Assembly: GCA_951406725.2 (NCBI GenBank)
Contig: OX597833.1
Location: 4,216,001-4,280,000, forward strand
DNA: 64,000 nt
Source: Octopus vulgaris
Lineage: Eukaryota
Reading direction: 5' to 3'
In this document: piece by piece, positions 1 through 12,155 of the stretch
How positions within the stretch are numbered: the first letter of the stretch is position 1
Layout of the letters: every line of letters begins with the position of its first letter
Notes under the pieces: model-generated
The model's input: only the letters and a program-made list of their open reading frames with translations
What the model was told of the DNA's origin: nothing
Database searches by the model: none
Program-made: the position numbers and the translations under genes

Positions 1-119
1 AATTATGTAGGATGCAGGGTATATATATCTTTAATATGTATGAGTGAGTGTGTGTGTATAATTCGTTTTTTAAATGATTGAGACATTACAACTCTTATCT
101 AAACTTTAATTTTAAATAT

Positions 120-162
<43 letters not shown>

Positions 163-215
163 ATAGATAGATAGAGGGAGAGAGCTTGCATACATGCATT
201 CCTACGTACATGCAT

Positions 216-422
216 ATTAGGTTGTTTCACACGAAATGTCGCATTTGAAAGGAAACAATGAAATGTTTCACAAGTGTTAGAGAACTGATTTATTTAATCA
301 AAGTATGATCCATGTTCATTTAAGACGTTTACCCAACGTTTTTCCATGTCATGTATTCCATCATTATCAAAAAATAAATTCATCTTTTGCTGAGGTAAAC
401 TGTCCGAGGGCTTCAATTACTT
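216..422 (-). mobile_element. Remnant (3' end and TIR) of the mariner element in intron 1 of copy 0
   Basis: TTAGGTTGTTTCACACGAAATGTCG TIR matches the right end of the full element at 25260-26502; same deletion junction as 7682-7888. Confidence 0.75.
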
Positions 423-510
423 CAGCAAGCAGTTATGAGAGGTATAAAGAGAGGAAAAGATGAAGATTGGTGAGAGACGATACTTTCTGAAGACAATTCC
501 AAATACTTAC

Positions 511-571
511 CAAACAGCAACAACAACAAGAAACTTGTTAGAAGTAAAGAAATCTCCATTAGAAAGTTCAT
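511..571 (-). CDS. Ig-receptor gene copy 0 (head-to-head with copy 1), exon 1: signal peptide MNFLMEISLLLTSFLLLLLF; rest of gene, if present, lies left of the window
   Basis: Exact reverse complement of exon 1 of copies 1-3 (ATG at 571-569, donor GTAAGT at 510-505). Positions 1-~1190 mirror ~7030-8088, apart from ~100 extra bp at ~679-780. Confidence 0.7.
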
Positions 572-1170
572 CCTCGTTAATTAATCCGTCTTAATCAGTT
601 TGCTGGATTCAGATAATTCAAATGGAAATGTGCAAAAGTAAAAGAAAATATGTTATAAACTTTAAGAAATTATAATCCAAATTGATTGCTTTGCAGGTGC
701 CTGGTGGTTGTTGTTGTTGATTAAAAGGGATAATTGTAGAAAGAAGAGGTAAAATTGTTAAGATAAAGTTGGAGCAGAATGATCGTGGGGCAGATGGAGG
801 GGAGAAATAAGTGCCAGAAAAGTTTGAAGTGAGTTATTTTCTACAGGAGAGCAACCAATCACTGGATCGGGGTGGGTATAGACGCCATTTTGCAATGGAG
901 GGTCAGTGTAAGTATGAGTGTGAGTGGGAGGGAATGTACTCGAGTGTGGAGTGTGTGTGTGTGTGTGTGTGTGTGTTTGCACATGTATGCATAAATAGCT
1001 ACATTGGTACTGAAATACAATATTACATGCTTTCACAAACATACACTCAGACATATTCACACATAATTGAAATTACCCCATAGATATATGAACATAATTG
1101 CGTCCGTATATATATGTATGTGTCTGTGTGTGTTTGTGTGCATTTTAAATCTATATCCGTTTATATAAAC

Positions 1171-1197
<27 letters not shown>

Positions 1198-1208
<11 letters not shown>

Positions 1209-1390
1209 TTAGAGACAAAACCACTATTTTGTAAAACAAACAAGGAAAGACTTAATCAATACATAAAATTTTAATAAATTTTATTTTTTATTTTTTATTT
1301 TTTACTTTTTATTAAAATTTTATGTATTGATTAAGTCTTTCCTTGTTTGTTTTACAAAATAGTGGTTTTGTCTCTAATTAATATTATATA
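1198..1390. repeat. Fold-back inverted repeat (~80-bp arms, T-rich spacer), probably a Penelope-like element tail
   Basis: AATATTAATTAGAGACAAAACCACTATTTTG...AAAATTTTAATAAA is followed by its reverse complement. The same tail occurs at 49527-49680 next to a hammerhead motif. Confidence 0.7.
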
Positions 1391-1698
1391 ATATTTTACT
1401 ATAAAATTGGATTTAATCCTAAATCTGACTTTTTCCCTGTAAATTTGGATTTATTCCCTAATATTTATTATTATTATATATATATATATATATATATATG
1501 AATCACTACCTTCTGCACGCATTTTTTTCTCTCCTTGATTCTCTCTGTGTTTCTTTTCTGTGTATCTTTCTGTTGAAGAGCCTAGGCTCGAAACGTAAAA
1601 GACTTGTTTTATTTATATTCCTGAGCGGCCTACTAATACAATTGTTTGTTTGTACTCCACCTACCTTCGTCTTTTGCTTATTTTCATAAAGCTTCCCG

Positions 1699-1739
<41 letters not shown>

Positions 1740-1742
<3 letters not shown>

Positions 1743-2415
1743 TATTATATATCTGCCTCCCTTTGGGAGTTATACAAATCTACAATATAGGATTTCTTCA
1801 ATTACAATTTACCTAGCATTTTTGAGAGTACAATGCATCGCGTCATGCCAGGTCCAGTTTTTAAAATTTAAACTCCAATTAAGCAAAATTTACAGAAAAC
1901 TCACATTCTGGTGTGTGTGTCAAATGCTTTTCTTAGTCTGGTTTACACCACACGCAAACGCACACACACAGTGGGCAACGAATAAAATGAAAGTAAATAG
2001 CGACAGAGTGATTTGAGGAAGACTAAAGTGAAAGTATTCTGTCTATGACGCTGATAGATACATGAGTAAAATGTATGGGAAGCTAAGAGCTAAGAGTGAG
2101 TGAAAATGTTCTTGGAAGAGAGTAATTAGTAATAAAGTAAACATACACTCATACATACATACATACATACATACATACATACACACACACACATACACAC
2201 ACACATACATACACACACACATACATACACACACATACATACATACATACATACATACATACATACATACATACATACATACACACACACACATACACAC
2301 ACACACAGTATTGAAGCTTGAGAACAATCAGATACATTTGCAACACATCTGTTGAAAATATTATTGTTCACACACATACATATACATATATACATACAGA
2401 CAGACAGACAGATAG

Positions 2416-2446
<31 letters not shown>

Positions 2447-3519
2447 TGATCCAGCATGGCCACAACCTCAAGGCTGAAACATATAAAAGAATAACAGAAT
2501 ATAAATGTGTGCAAAGTACAAGAAATATTAATGCAGTATATGGGGATTGGACAATAAGCGTAAGGCAGTGTCAATGGTGGTTCCAGAAATCCCGAGCCAT
2601 AAACTACAGCCTAGAAGACGAGCCTCATCCTGAAAGATCTGTAGAACTCGACAAGGACATCGTGAAAACCCTGGTGGAACAAAATATCATCGTAACTGTT
2701 GAGAAACTAGCAGAGAAGCTTGGATTTGGTCATTCAACCATTCATTGACACCTGTGTGCTATCGGAAAAGTCAGCAAATTGGGTCAATGGGTTCCTCACG
2801 AACTTTCCGAGTCTAATTGCATGCAGAGAGTGAATGTATGCTTTTCTTTGCTGTCATATCTCACCACTACTGCGCTATGTATATCTATATATATAAAACT
2901 GTAGTTGTGTGAGTGTCTGTCCCCTTCGATTTAGATTCCTAACTACTCCCACATTTTGCGGTACAGTTTAACCAAATTCGGGTAGCTTATAGTCGTGATT
3001 CATATCGAGCCCGTCTGAATATTAGCGCGCGTCTACGATGAGTCTACGATTTTAAAAATAATTTAACATCACTTTTTATTCCATTTTAATGCATAATTTT
3101 TCGTGTGTCGATGGCGGCGGAATTGGCGTCCACGCTCACACCTGCACCTGTGGGGAAGGGAGTGTAAGGAAATCAACGTCGTAATGCGTTGTCAAGGAGA
3201 CCAGTGTTCTTTTAGAACAACGACTTCATGGCTTGAAGACACCAAAACAGAAATGGCTAAGAATGCGTCTACATGAGTCTACGATTGAAAAAAAAATTTA
3301 CCATCGTTTTTTTTCCATTTTAATGCATTTTTTCGCTATTATATAAGGGAAGTAACTCTCTAAAAATGTCTACGATGAGTCAACGATTTAAAAAAAAATT
3401 ACCATCATATTTTTTCCATTTTTAATGCATTTTTTGCTATTTTTTGGCTATAACTCTCTAAAAATGCTTATATAGTTATTTCCCTTACAAACCCGAGCAA
3501 CGCCGGGCGATACTGCTAG
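1740..3519 (+). mobile_element. Non-autonomous composite Helitron, unit 1 of a tandem dimer
   Basis: Starts A|TC at 1740 and ends with hairpin CCCGAGCAACGCCGGG plus CTAG at 3516-3519. A second internal Helitron 5' end (TCTATATATATAAAA) lies at 2884. Confidence 0.75.
2500..2860 (+). pseudogene. Mariner transposase N-terminal fragment inside the Helitron (second copy ~4305-4665)
   Basis: Translation INAVYGDWTISVRQCQWWFQK...LEDEPH...TVEKLAEKLG...STIH*HL...KLGQWVPHEL: mariner HTH region and WVPHEL motif, with stops. Confidence 0.8.
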
Positions 3520-4215
3520 TCTTATTATAAAAGGCAGACTTTATCTGCCTCCCTTTGGGAGTTATACAAATCTACAATATAGGATTTCTTCAATTACAAT
3601 TTACCTAGCAGTTTTAAGAGTACAATGCATCGCGTCATGCCAGGTCCAGTTTTTTTAAATTTAAACTCCAATTAAGCAAAATTTACAGAAAACTCACATT
3701 CTGGTGTGTGTGTCAAATGCTTTTCTTAGTCTGGTTTACACCACACGCAAACGCACACACACAGTGGGCAACGAATAAAATGAAAGTAAATAGCGACAGT
3801 GATTTGAGGAAGACTAAAGTGAAAGTATTCTGTCTATGACGCTGATAGATACATGAGTAAAATGTATGGGAAGCTAAGAGCTAAGAGTGAGTGAAAATGT
3901 TCTTGGAAGAGAGTAATTAGTAATAAAGTAAACATACACTCATACATACATACATACATACATACATACATACATACATACATACACACACATACACACA
4001 CACATACATACACACACACATACATACATACATACATACATATACATACATACATACATACATACATACATACATACATACACACACACACATACACACA
4101 CACACACAGTATTGAAGCTTGAGAACAATCAGATACATTTGCAACACATCTGTTGAAAATATTATTGTTCACACACATACATATACATATATACATACAG
4201 ACAGACAGACAGATA

Positions 4216-4253
<38 letters not shown>

Positions 4254-5322
4254 ATCCAGCATGGCCACAACCTCAAGGCTGAAACATATAAAAGAATAAC
4301 AGAATATAAATGTGTGCAAAGTACAAGAAATATTAATGCAGTATATGGGGATTGGACAATAAGCGTAAGGTAGTGTCAAGGGGGTTCCAGAAATCCCGAG
4401 CCATAAACTACAGCCTAGAAGACGAGCCTCATCCTGAATGATCTGTAGAACTCGACAAGGACATCGTGAAAACCCTGGTGGAAAAAAATATCATCGTAAC
4501 TGTTGAGGAACTAGCAGAGAAGCTTGGATTTGGTCATTCAACCATTCATTGACACCTGTGTGCTATCGGAAAAGTCAGCAAATTGGGTCAATGGGTTCCT
4601 CACGAACTTTCCGAGTCTAATTGCATGCAGAGAGTGAATGTATGCTTTTCTTTGCTGTCATATCTCACCACTACTGCGCTATGTATATCTATATATATAA
4701 AACTGTAGTTGTGTGAGTGTCTGTCCCCTTCGATTTAGATTCCTAACTACTCCCACATTTTGCGGTACAGTTTAACCAAATTCGGGTAGCTTATAGTCGT
4801 GATTCATATCGAGCCCGTCTAAATATTAGCGCGCGTCTACGATGAGTCTACGATTTTAAAAATAATTTAACATCACTTTTTATTCCATTTTAATGCATAA
4901 TTTTTCGTGTGTCGATGGCGGCGGAGTTGGCGTCCACGCTCACACCTGCACCTGTGGGGAAGGGAGTGTAAGGAAATCAACGTCGTAATGCGTTGTCAAG
5001 GAGACCAGTGTTCTTTTAGAACAACGACTTCATGGCTTGAAGACACCAAAACAGAAATGGCTAAGAATGCGTCTACATGAGTCTACGATTGAAAAAAAAA
5101 TTTACCATCGTTTTTTTTCCATTTTAATGCATTTTTTCGCTATTATATAAGGAAGTAACTCTCTAAAAATGTCTACGATGAGTCAACGATTTAAAAAAAA
5201 TTTACCATCATATTTTTTCCATTTTTAATGCATTTTTTGCTATTTTTTGGCTATAACTCTCTAAAAATGCTTATATAGTTATTTCCCTTACAAACCCGAG
5301 CAACGCCGGGCGATACTGCTAG
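3520..5322 (+). mobile_element. Non-autonomous composite Helitron, unit 2 of a tandem dimer
   Basis: Near-identical direct repeat of 1740-3519; junction CTAG|TC at 3519/3520; ends CTAG|T at 5322/5323. Confidence 0.75.
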
Positions 5323-5378
5323 TATATATATATATGTATGTATGTGTATATAAATACATATATATATATGTATAGATA

Positions 5379-5425
<47 letters not shown>

Positions 5426-5891
5426 TATATAAATATATATATCTATGTATGCATATATATATATATATGCAAAAAGAGAGAGAAAGAGGGAGAGTGAGAG
5501 AGAGATTTTATTTTTTATTGTTGTATGGAAATCTTTGAGAAGATAACTTCAATTGTTATCTGGGTGAGATTTAAATCAAACTTATTTTAGTATTAAGGTG
5601 TTCATTTTCTTTTCTGATACACACATACAAGCATATGTTACGTACATTACACACATATATATATACACACACACACACGTATATATATATATATATAGGT
5701 GCAGGAGTTGGGAGGTAAAGTATTTGTCACACAGCCCCACCTTTGCCTTTGTGCAATTTTTCTGTTAAGTGACATTTAATTTCCCTATATATCCTGTATT
5801 TATCTAATAGCACTCACTCAAAGACAATGTTACAATTCACGAAGAAATTGATATTGTCAACATAACTTTGCTATGTATAAGTCCTCAGTTC

Positions 5892-5946
<55 letters not shown>

Positions 5947-5951
5947 ATATA

Positions 5952-6114
5952 GGCGCAGGAGCGGCTGTGTTGTAAGTAGCTTGCTAACCAACCACATGCT
6001 TCTGGGTTCAGTCCCACTGCGTAACACCTTGGGCAAGTGTATTCTGCTATAGCCCCGTCCCGACCAATGCCTTGTGAGTGGATTTGGTAGACGGAAACTG
6101 AAAGAAGCCTGTCG

Positions 6115-6151
<37 letters not shown>

Positions 6152-6344
6152 ATGTGTTTGTCCCCCTAGCATTGCTTGACAACCGATGCTGGTGTGTTTA
6201 CATCCCCGTCACTTAGCGGTTCGGCAACAGAGACCGATAGAATAAGTACTGGACTTACAAAGAATAAGTCACGGGGTCGATTTGCTCGAATGAAGGCGGT
6301 GCTCCAGCATGGCCGCAGTCAAATGACTGAAACAAGTAAAAGAG
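5952..6344 (+). mobile_element. tRNA-related SINE, abundant family (also ~9876-10257 -, ~10918-11300 +, ~18530-18910 -, ~52788-53360 +, and paralogous copies in units 2/3)
   Basis: A-box-like GGCTGTGTGGTAAG, B-box-like GGTTCAGTCCC, conserved body and ...GACTGAAACAAGTAAAAGAG tail, recurring through the window. Confidence 0.8.
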
Positions 6345-6895
6345 TAATATACACACACACACACACACAAAAAAACATATATCGAAATTGAACCGAATCC
6401 TATGGCTGACACCCGGCAGTTGCCATGGCCACTGGACTGACTCCTGTGCAGGTGGCAAGTAAAGAAACACCGTTTCGACCCTGTGCTTGAGGAGACCTAT
6501 TGAGTCATGTACATCATTTTTGTGAAGGCAGCCCCCTACAACAATGACTATTGGCTTAGACATTGCTGTGGTAGGAGACTGCTTTACGAAAATATTAAAT
6601 AATATTTATCTCTTGCCAGAGGAAGACTTTGATCTTACCAACAGGAAACATTACATTTTCTATATATATGTGTGTGTGTGTGTTTGACAGGGAAATGAAC
6701 TTATTGATAAAATAAGTTTGATTTAAATACCATCCAGATAACAGTTGAAGCATGTTTGTTTTATCAGAGATTTCCATACAACAATTAAAAAAAATCTCTC
6801 ACTCACTCTCCCTCTCCCTCTTTCTCTCTCTTTTTGCACACACACATATATATATATATATATATGCATACATAGATACATGCATATGTACATAC

Positions 6896-6978
<83 letters not shown>

Positions 6979-7534
6979 GACACACATTATCTATACATAA
7001 ATATATTTATTTATACACACATACATATATATATAATAGTTTATATAAACGGATATAGATTTAAAATGCACACAAACACACACAGACACATACATATATA
7101 TACGGACGCATTTATGTTCATATATCTATGGGGTAATTTCAATTATGTGTGAATATGTCTGTGTGTATGTTTGTGAAAGCATGTAATATTGTATTTCAGT
7201 ACCAAGGTAGCTTTTTATGCATACATGTGCAAACACACACACACACACACACACACACTCCACACTCGAGTACATTCTCTCCCACTCACACTCATACTTA
7301 CACTGACCCTCCATTGCAAAATGGCGTCTATACCCACCCCGATCCAGTGATTGGTTGCTCTCCTGTAGAAAATAACTCACTTCAAACTTTTCTGGCACTT
7401 TTTTCTCCCTCCATCTGCCCCACGATCGGATTATAATTTCTTAAAGTTTATAACATATTTTCTTTTACTTTTGCACATTTCCATTTGAATTATCTGAATC
7501 CAGCAAACTGATTAAGACGGATTAATTAACGAGG

Positions 7535-7595
7535 ATGAACTTTCTAATGGAGATTTCTTTACTTCTAACAAGTTTCTTGTTGTTGTTGCTGTTTG
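7535..7595 (+). CDS. Ig-receptor copy 1 exon 1, signal peptide
   Basis: ATG AAC TTT CTA ATG GAG...CTG TTT G|GTAAGT; hydrophobic Leu-rich peptide; phase 1 joins in frame to exon 2; identical in all four copies. Confidence 0.75.
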
Positions 7596-7681
7596 GTAAG
7601 TATTTGGAATTGTCTTCAGAAAGTATCGTCTCTCACCAATCTTCATCTTTTCCTCTTTTATACCTCTCATAACTGCTTGCT

Positions 7682-7888
7682 GAAGTAATTGAAGCCCTCG
7701 GACAGTTTACCTCAGCAAAAGATGAATTTATTTTTTGATAATGATGGAATACATGACATGGAAAAACGTTGGGTAAACGTCTTAAATGAACATGGATCAT
7801 ACTTTGATTAAATCAATCAGTTCTCTAACACTCGTGAATCATTTTATTGTTTCCTTTCAAATGCGACATTTCGTGTGAAACAACCTAA
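7682..7888 (+). mobile_element. Mariner remnant (3' end and TIR) in intron 1 of copy 1
   Basis: Matches the last ~200 bp of the element at 25260-26502; the rest is deleted. Confidence 0.75.
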
Positions 7889-8069
7889 TATGCATGTACG
7901 TAGGAATGCATGTATGCAAGCTCTCTCCCTCTATCTATCTATAAACATGTGTGTGTGTGTGTGTGTGCTATATTTAAAATTAAAGTTTAGATAAGAGTTG
8001 TAATGTCTCAATCATTTAAAAAATGAATTATACACACACACTCACACATACATATTAAAGATATATATA

Positions 8070-9611
8070 CCCTGCATCCTACATAATTGGGTGATTCAAC
8101 CGTCTCTCAATAAATAAATGTATATTCGTTGCAAATCAATTATTTTCCCACTGACTTTTGGCAACACCTTTCTGTGCACATTCTGTTAAAATAAATCAGA
8201 TCTGTGCAGTCAAAAGGAAGCAGCGGCTATTATCGTGTCCCAGCAAAATGTCTTCTGTCCCAAATTACACGACAGGTGCTCAATTTATGTGTGATTAGGG
8301 GTCAGAAACGTGATCTTACCTCGAAGGAGAAGTCTAACATCGTGTCAGAGCTGGGAAAAGGAAAAACAACCATAGAAATACCAAAAATAGTGGCAAAAGA
8401 TCACCGAACAGTGAAGGAATTTGTGCAGTCTCCTATTTCTGTTTGGTCGTGGGCAGATAATGGTAAGTTGAGAGCTGCTTCAAATCATACTTTGTCACAT
8501 GAGAAAAGTGAAGATGTGCGGAACTCAGGTCTGACAAGTAGAGAAGTCTTCAAATGCTGTGGCAGGGAAGACGTATCAAAAACTACCAGGTGTCGCCTCT
8601 TGAAGCAGGTAACCAGGAATGTTAAACCTGTTGCCAAGCCCCTTCTGAAGGCTGTTCATAAGCAGAAGAGACAGGAATGGACAGAAGAATATATGAAGAT
8701 AGATTTAGCAACAGTTCTGTTCACTGACAAATTTTGTGCTACCCTTGACGAACCAGATGGCTGGAGTAAAGGTCGGGTATCAATCAGAGGGAACCATCCT
8801 CATAGCTTGAGACGACAACAGGGGAGATGTGGCGTCATGTTTTGGGTTGGCATTGTTTGTGGTGTGATGGTCAGACCATGGAAAGTCCCAGATGGTATTA
8901 AGATGACATTGAAAACGTATGTTACCATCTTAAGGACAATTTCCAACCGTGGTTCCAAATACAAGAACCTTTTTTTAAGAAAAAGCTGGTCTTTATGCAA
9001 TATAATGCCTCATCTTATGCAGCCCAAAATTCTAAGGAATACCTGCAGCTATTAGGCTTTTCTTGAGGTCGTTTGACTTAAACCCAATTGAGAACCTGTA
9101 GAGTCTCCTGAAGAGGCACATTTACCAAGATGGACGGCAGTTTTCAAGTAAAGTTGCCCTCTGGGATGCTATTGTAGATGCTGCTCAGATCATGACACAA
9201 GAAGATATCATCACCTTGACAAATTCAATGGATCAGCGCGTAAGGAAGGTTACTGCGTGTGGAGGGCCATACACGAAACACTAGGAGCTGTATCATAACG
9301 CTGTGACTATTTGAATGCCAATGTATTATTATGTTTACCATTAAGTCCTTTTCTATTGAATTAATTAAATGACTGTTCTGACACAATTATCAGTTTTATT
9401 ATACTTGCCTAGTAATTTGTGACGGTGAAAATCTTGCCCAATCACAAATACGGCTGCCGTTTGTTGGCGTCTGCACAGATCTGATTTATTCTAACAGAAT
9501 GTGCACAGAGAGGTGTTGCCAACAGTCAATGGAAAAACAACAAGTTTTAGAATGAATATGGATTCATTTATTGAGAGAAGGTTCATTTGCCTAATAATGT
9601 GGGACACAGTG
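8070..9611 (+). mobile_element. Degenerate Tc1-like DNA transposon with long imperfect TIRs (intron 1, copy 1)
   Basis: TA-flanked; >150-bp imperfect inverted ends (e.g. GCACATTCTGTTAAAATAAATCAGATCTGTGCAG and its reverse complement). ORF 8204-9055 plus frameshifted continuation has decayed DDE motifs VLFTD, MFW, QYNA and DLNPIENL. Confidence 0.85.
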
Positions 9612-10409
9612 TATATACATACATATATAAGAAAAATCATTCAAACACAGAGATATGAAATCAGATGTCACCAGCAGTGACATAGGTGGATCGCAGGCGC
9701 AATAGCATTAAATAGCTATGAATTATATATTTGCACGAAGTGTAATGATGCTTAACAAGCATCTACCTGCTAGAAATAAGAGCTAAAGTCTTAAATTAAT
9801 CCACCGTACCACACCAAGATAACAGAGAAATATATATCTATATATACACACACACATATATATATTATTTTTTTTTACTTGTTGCAATCATTTGACTGTA
9901 ACCATGCTGGAGCACCACCTTTAGATGGACATGTTAACTCCAGGACTTATTGTTTGTAAGTCAAGTACTTATTCTATTGGTCTCTTTTGCCAAACCACTA
10001 AGTGGCAAGTCATAAACACACCAACATCGGTTGTCAAGCGATGGTGGGAGGATAAACACAGATATAAATAACAAACACATACATACTTATATATACAACA
10101 GGCTTCTTTCAGTTTCCATCTACCAAGTACACTCACAAGGCTTTCGTTGGCTTGAGTCTCTAGCAAAAGACACTTGCCCAAGGTTCCACGTAGTGGGACT
10201 GAACCCGGAACCTTGTGGTTGGGAAGCAAGCGTTTTATCACACAGCCGCTCCTGTGCTTATGTATATATATACACACATATACACACACACAAACACACA
10301 CATATACACATATGTATATACACAGACACAGTCACACACACACACACATATATATATACACATACACACACACATATATATATGTATATATCAATATATG
10401 CTACTCCAG

Positions 10410-10730
10410 CACTCCGTCGGTTACGACGACAAGGGTTCCAGTCGACCCAATCAACCGAACAGACTGCTCATGAAATTAACGTGCAAGTGGCAGAGTACTC
10501 CACAGACTCGTGTACCCTTAACATATTCTCAGGGAGATTCAGCCTGACACAGATTGTTACAAGGTGACCCTTTGAAATACAGGTACAACAGAAACAGGAA
10601 GAAAGGGTGAGAGAAAGCTGTGGAGCTTCGTGGAGCCTAAAATATTTACACTCAATAAACACTCATAACGCCCGGTCTGGGAATCGAAACCGCAAATCCA
10701 CTGCCCTAACCACTGGGCCATTGCTCCTCC
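10410..10730 (-). mobile_element. Second tRNA-derived SINE family (fuller copy at 38628-39010 +; also ~28850-29200 and ~61865-62230)
   Basis: Head GGCCCAGTGGTTAGGGCAG...GCGGTTTCGATTCCCAGACC with A/B boxes; shared body. Confidence 0.75.
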
Positions 10731-10740
10731 ACATATAAAC

Positions 10741-10774
<34 letters not shown>

Positions 10775-10781
10775 GAACATG

Positions 10782-10849
<68 letters not shown>

Positions 10850-11358
10850 AATACAGAGAGAAAGGGAGTGAGAGGAAGATAGATGGTTACATATACCCAT
10901 ACATATTTGTATATAAGAGCACAGGGGTGGCTGTGTGGAAAGAAGTTTACTTTCCGGCCACATGGTTCTAAGTTCAGTCCCACTGCATGGCACTATGGGC
11001 AAATGTCTTCTCCTATAGCCTTTTGCTGACTAAAACCTTGTGAGGGGATTTGGTTGGCAGGAACTGAATGAAGCCCATTGTGTGTGTGTGTGTGTGTGGC
11101 TTTGTGTCTGTGTTAGTTTACCATACCACTTGGCAACCGGTGTTGGTTTGTTTACATCTCCATAACTTAGCAGATTGGCAAAAAGAGAGCGGTGAAATAA
11201 GTATGAGTCTTAAAAATGCACTGGGGTCAATTCGTTGAACTAAAAGCTGTTCAAGGTGGTGCCCCAGTATGGCCACAGTCTAATGAATGCAAAAAGTAAA
11301 AAAAAAAAGTAGCCAGACATTCATGTTTATTAATCTTTCTGTCTTTCCATCATTTCAG

Positions 11359-11694
11359 ATGTTCCAGTTGTGAAATCTCAAGCAGCGACATTCTCCATCT
11401 CTTCTTCTGCCAAAATTGGTGATTCTGCTCAGTTCTTGTGCAATGCCACCACCACAGTACCTCAGTGCTATGCTCATTTCATGCATAATGACAAGAAGAT
11501 TGCTACAGCCATAGTTCCTGGTTTTGCAGTTCAAAGTAGTCCCAATACTTCAGTCAATGGTTCAGGCAACCAGTATTACTATAAGTATACAATCAGTTCT
11601 TTGACTTGCTCTGACCGAGGGAATTACAGGTGTTATGTGGCGAATAATAATGCTGCTGCATTGAAGAGTAACAGTGAGACTCTTGATGTTCTGG
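11359..11694 (+). CDS. Ig-receptor copy 1 exon 2, N-terminal V-like immunoglobulin domain (Ig1)
   Basis: TTTCAG| acceptor, |GTAAG donor, 336 nt, phase 1-1; B-strand Cys (GDSAQFLC) and F-strand D-x-G-x-Y-x-C (DRGNYRC). Confidence 0.88.
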
Positions 11695-11872
11695 GTAAGG
11701 ATTACCTTTATCTACTCTCCCTTTTACTCCCCCTTTCTCTCTCTCCATTCTATCCCCCGTCCTCCCCTCTCTCTCTCACATACAATGAAATTGTTGATGA
11801 TCCTTAACTTCCCCAACAATATTTATTGTATTTTAAATGTCCCTTTTTGTTCCCTTTTCTTTTTTCCTACAG

Positions 11873-12155
11873 GTCCAGCTGGAACTCCCAATCTGACGGC
11901 TCCTTCTGATAATCAAATTCTCAATGACAATGTCACCGTTTCTTGCGAGAGTAACGTTGGAAGTCCTGCACAGGGAATTACACCTTTGTGTTGACAATAC
12001 CTGCGCTAAACCAAACCCACCAGTTAAACAGGTCGATCAGTGCATTTTCACACAAACTGCAAGCCTAACATTTCAAGTCACCAAGACAACCAAGACGGCT
12101 ACATGTAAAGTGGGGTCAAGTTCTTTCATATTAATGCAAACCTGGGAAGTTGACT
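11873..12155 (+). pseudogene. Ig-receptor copy 1 exon 3, Ig2 (C2-like), with a +1 G frameshift at ~11973-11975
   Basis: CCTACAG| acceptor, |GTAAGT donor; VTVSCESNVGSP...TATC. CAGGGAA here vs CAGGAA in copies 2 and 3 gives 283 nt and an early TGA; may be a sequencing error. Confidence 0.8.

Noticed and set aside
2043-7152. Many ORFs rich in YI, CV, HT and MYVC (here and throughout the window)
   Set aside because: They are translations of (TA)n, (CA)n and (CATA)n microsatellites with no coding signal.
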